From: an uncultured bacterium
Lineage (GTDB): Bacteria > Acidobacteriota > Thermoanaerobaculia > Multivoradales > JAHEKO01
Assembly: GCA_905479655.1 (NCBI GenBank)
Contig: CAJQNK010000076.1
Span: 331-64,330, forward strand
DNA: 64,000 nucleotides
Direction of reading: 5' to 3'
Shown: in pieces, positions 63,757 through 64,000 of the stretch
How positions within the stretch are numbered: position 1 is the first letter of the stretch
Layout of the letters: each line of letters opens with the position of its first letter
Position numbers and translations under genes: made by a program
The notes under the pieces: model-generated
The model's input: only the letters and a program-made list of their open reading frames with translations
The model's database searches: none
Told to the model about the DNA's origin: nothing

Positions 63757-64000
63757 CTAGTCGTCGGCGTCGGAGGTCTCGGCCTCCTTCTGGATCTTCT
63801 TCAGGTCGCCGCTGTCAGCAGCGATCTCCTGTAGGAGGCCGTCGAGGTTGTCGTTGCCGTCCAGCTTGGCGATCAGGTCGTTCAGCCGCTGGCGCGCTTC
63901 GAACAGCTTCTTCAGTGGCTCGACCTTCTGCACCAGGTTCTGCGGCTCGAACTCGTCGATATGCCGGAACTTCAACTCGACGTTGAGCTTGCTGTCGTCG
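63757..64000 (-). CDS. tssB: T6SS sheath small subunit TssB (VipA); 5' end beyond the window
   Basis: ..DDSKLNVELKFRHIDEFEPQNLVQKVEPLKKLFEARQRLNDL. The frame is open to base 64000. Confidence 0.85.
   Translation of the reverse strand, partial: DDSKLNVELKFRHIDEFEPQNLVQKVEPLKKLFEARQRLNDLIAKLDGNDNLDGLLQEIAADSGDLKKIQKEAETSDADD

Noticed and set aside
1-64000. Mobile element or genomic-island boundaries around the T6SS locus.
   Set aside because: I could not recognise any integrase, transposase, tRNA, or flanking direct or inverted repeats. Composition looks broadly uniform by eye, with the effector-type genes only slightly less GC-rich. I cannot quantify this without computation.

Overview
Very GC-rich bacterial chromosomal window from a diderm organism. 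The lineage cannot be proven here; the VWA+TPR pair and the PKD/FG-GAP secreted proteins hint at an Acidobacteriota- or Myxococcota-like genome. Most long ORFs in the six-frame track are Arg/Gly/Pro-rich shadow ORFs. I called genes only where the protein looks real.

Left half (1-31.3 kb), housekeeping and envelope genes: a decayed Phd/VapC toxin-antitoxin remnant; ArsR with a divergent MFP plus two tandem RND permeases; VWA+TPR; SDR; thrB; MFS; a class-V aminotransferase; thrC; ychF; a FadL-like OMP; several secreted repeat proteins.

Right half (31.4-64 kb), a type VI secretion (T6SS) locus. On the minus strand it reads tssB (runs off the window)-tssC-hcp-tssE-tssF-tssG-clpV-vgrG. This is followed by a DUF4280 PAAR-like gene and a DUF4123-adaptor cargo module that carries a 1882-aa internally duplicated double-metzincin protein. 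A separate, tightly coupled operon follows (33986-44143): small helical protein, Cys-rich 608-aa protein, WD40-like protein, a 1152-aa RecQ-like protein with all catalytic motifs degenerate, a tail-anchored coiled-coil protein and a second ClpV. After it come an SLT/DUF1287 lytic transglycosylase and a SPOR protein, convergent with a TssJ-like lipoprotein gene.

This second operon is my best candidate for an undescribed T6SS-linked system.

Three ORF-breaking lesions are visible:
- an in-frame TAG at codon 43 of the second clpV;
- a frame break (GTGA junction) that splits vgrG;
- a G9 tract that separates a signal peptide from its mature domain.

No rRNA, tRNA, CRISPR, transposase or integrase was recognised. 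All family assignments come from motif recognition by eye, not from searches.
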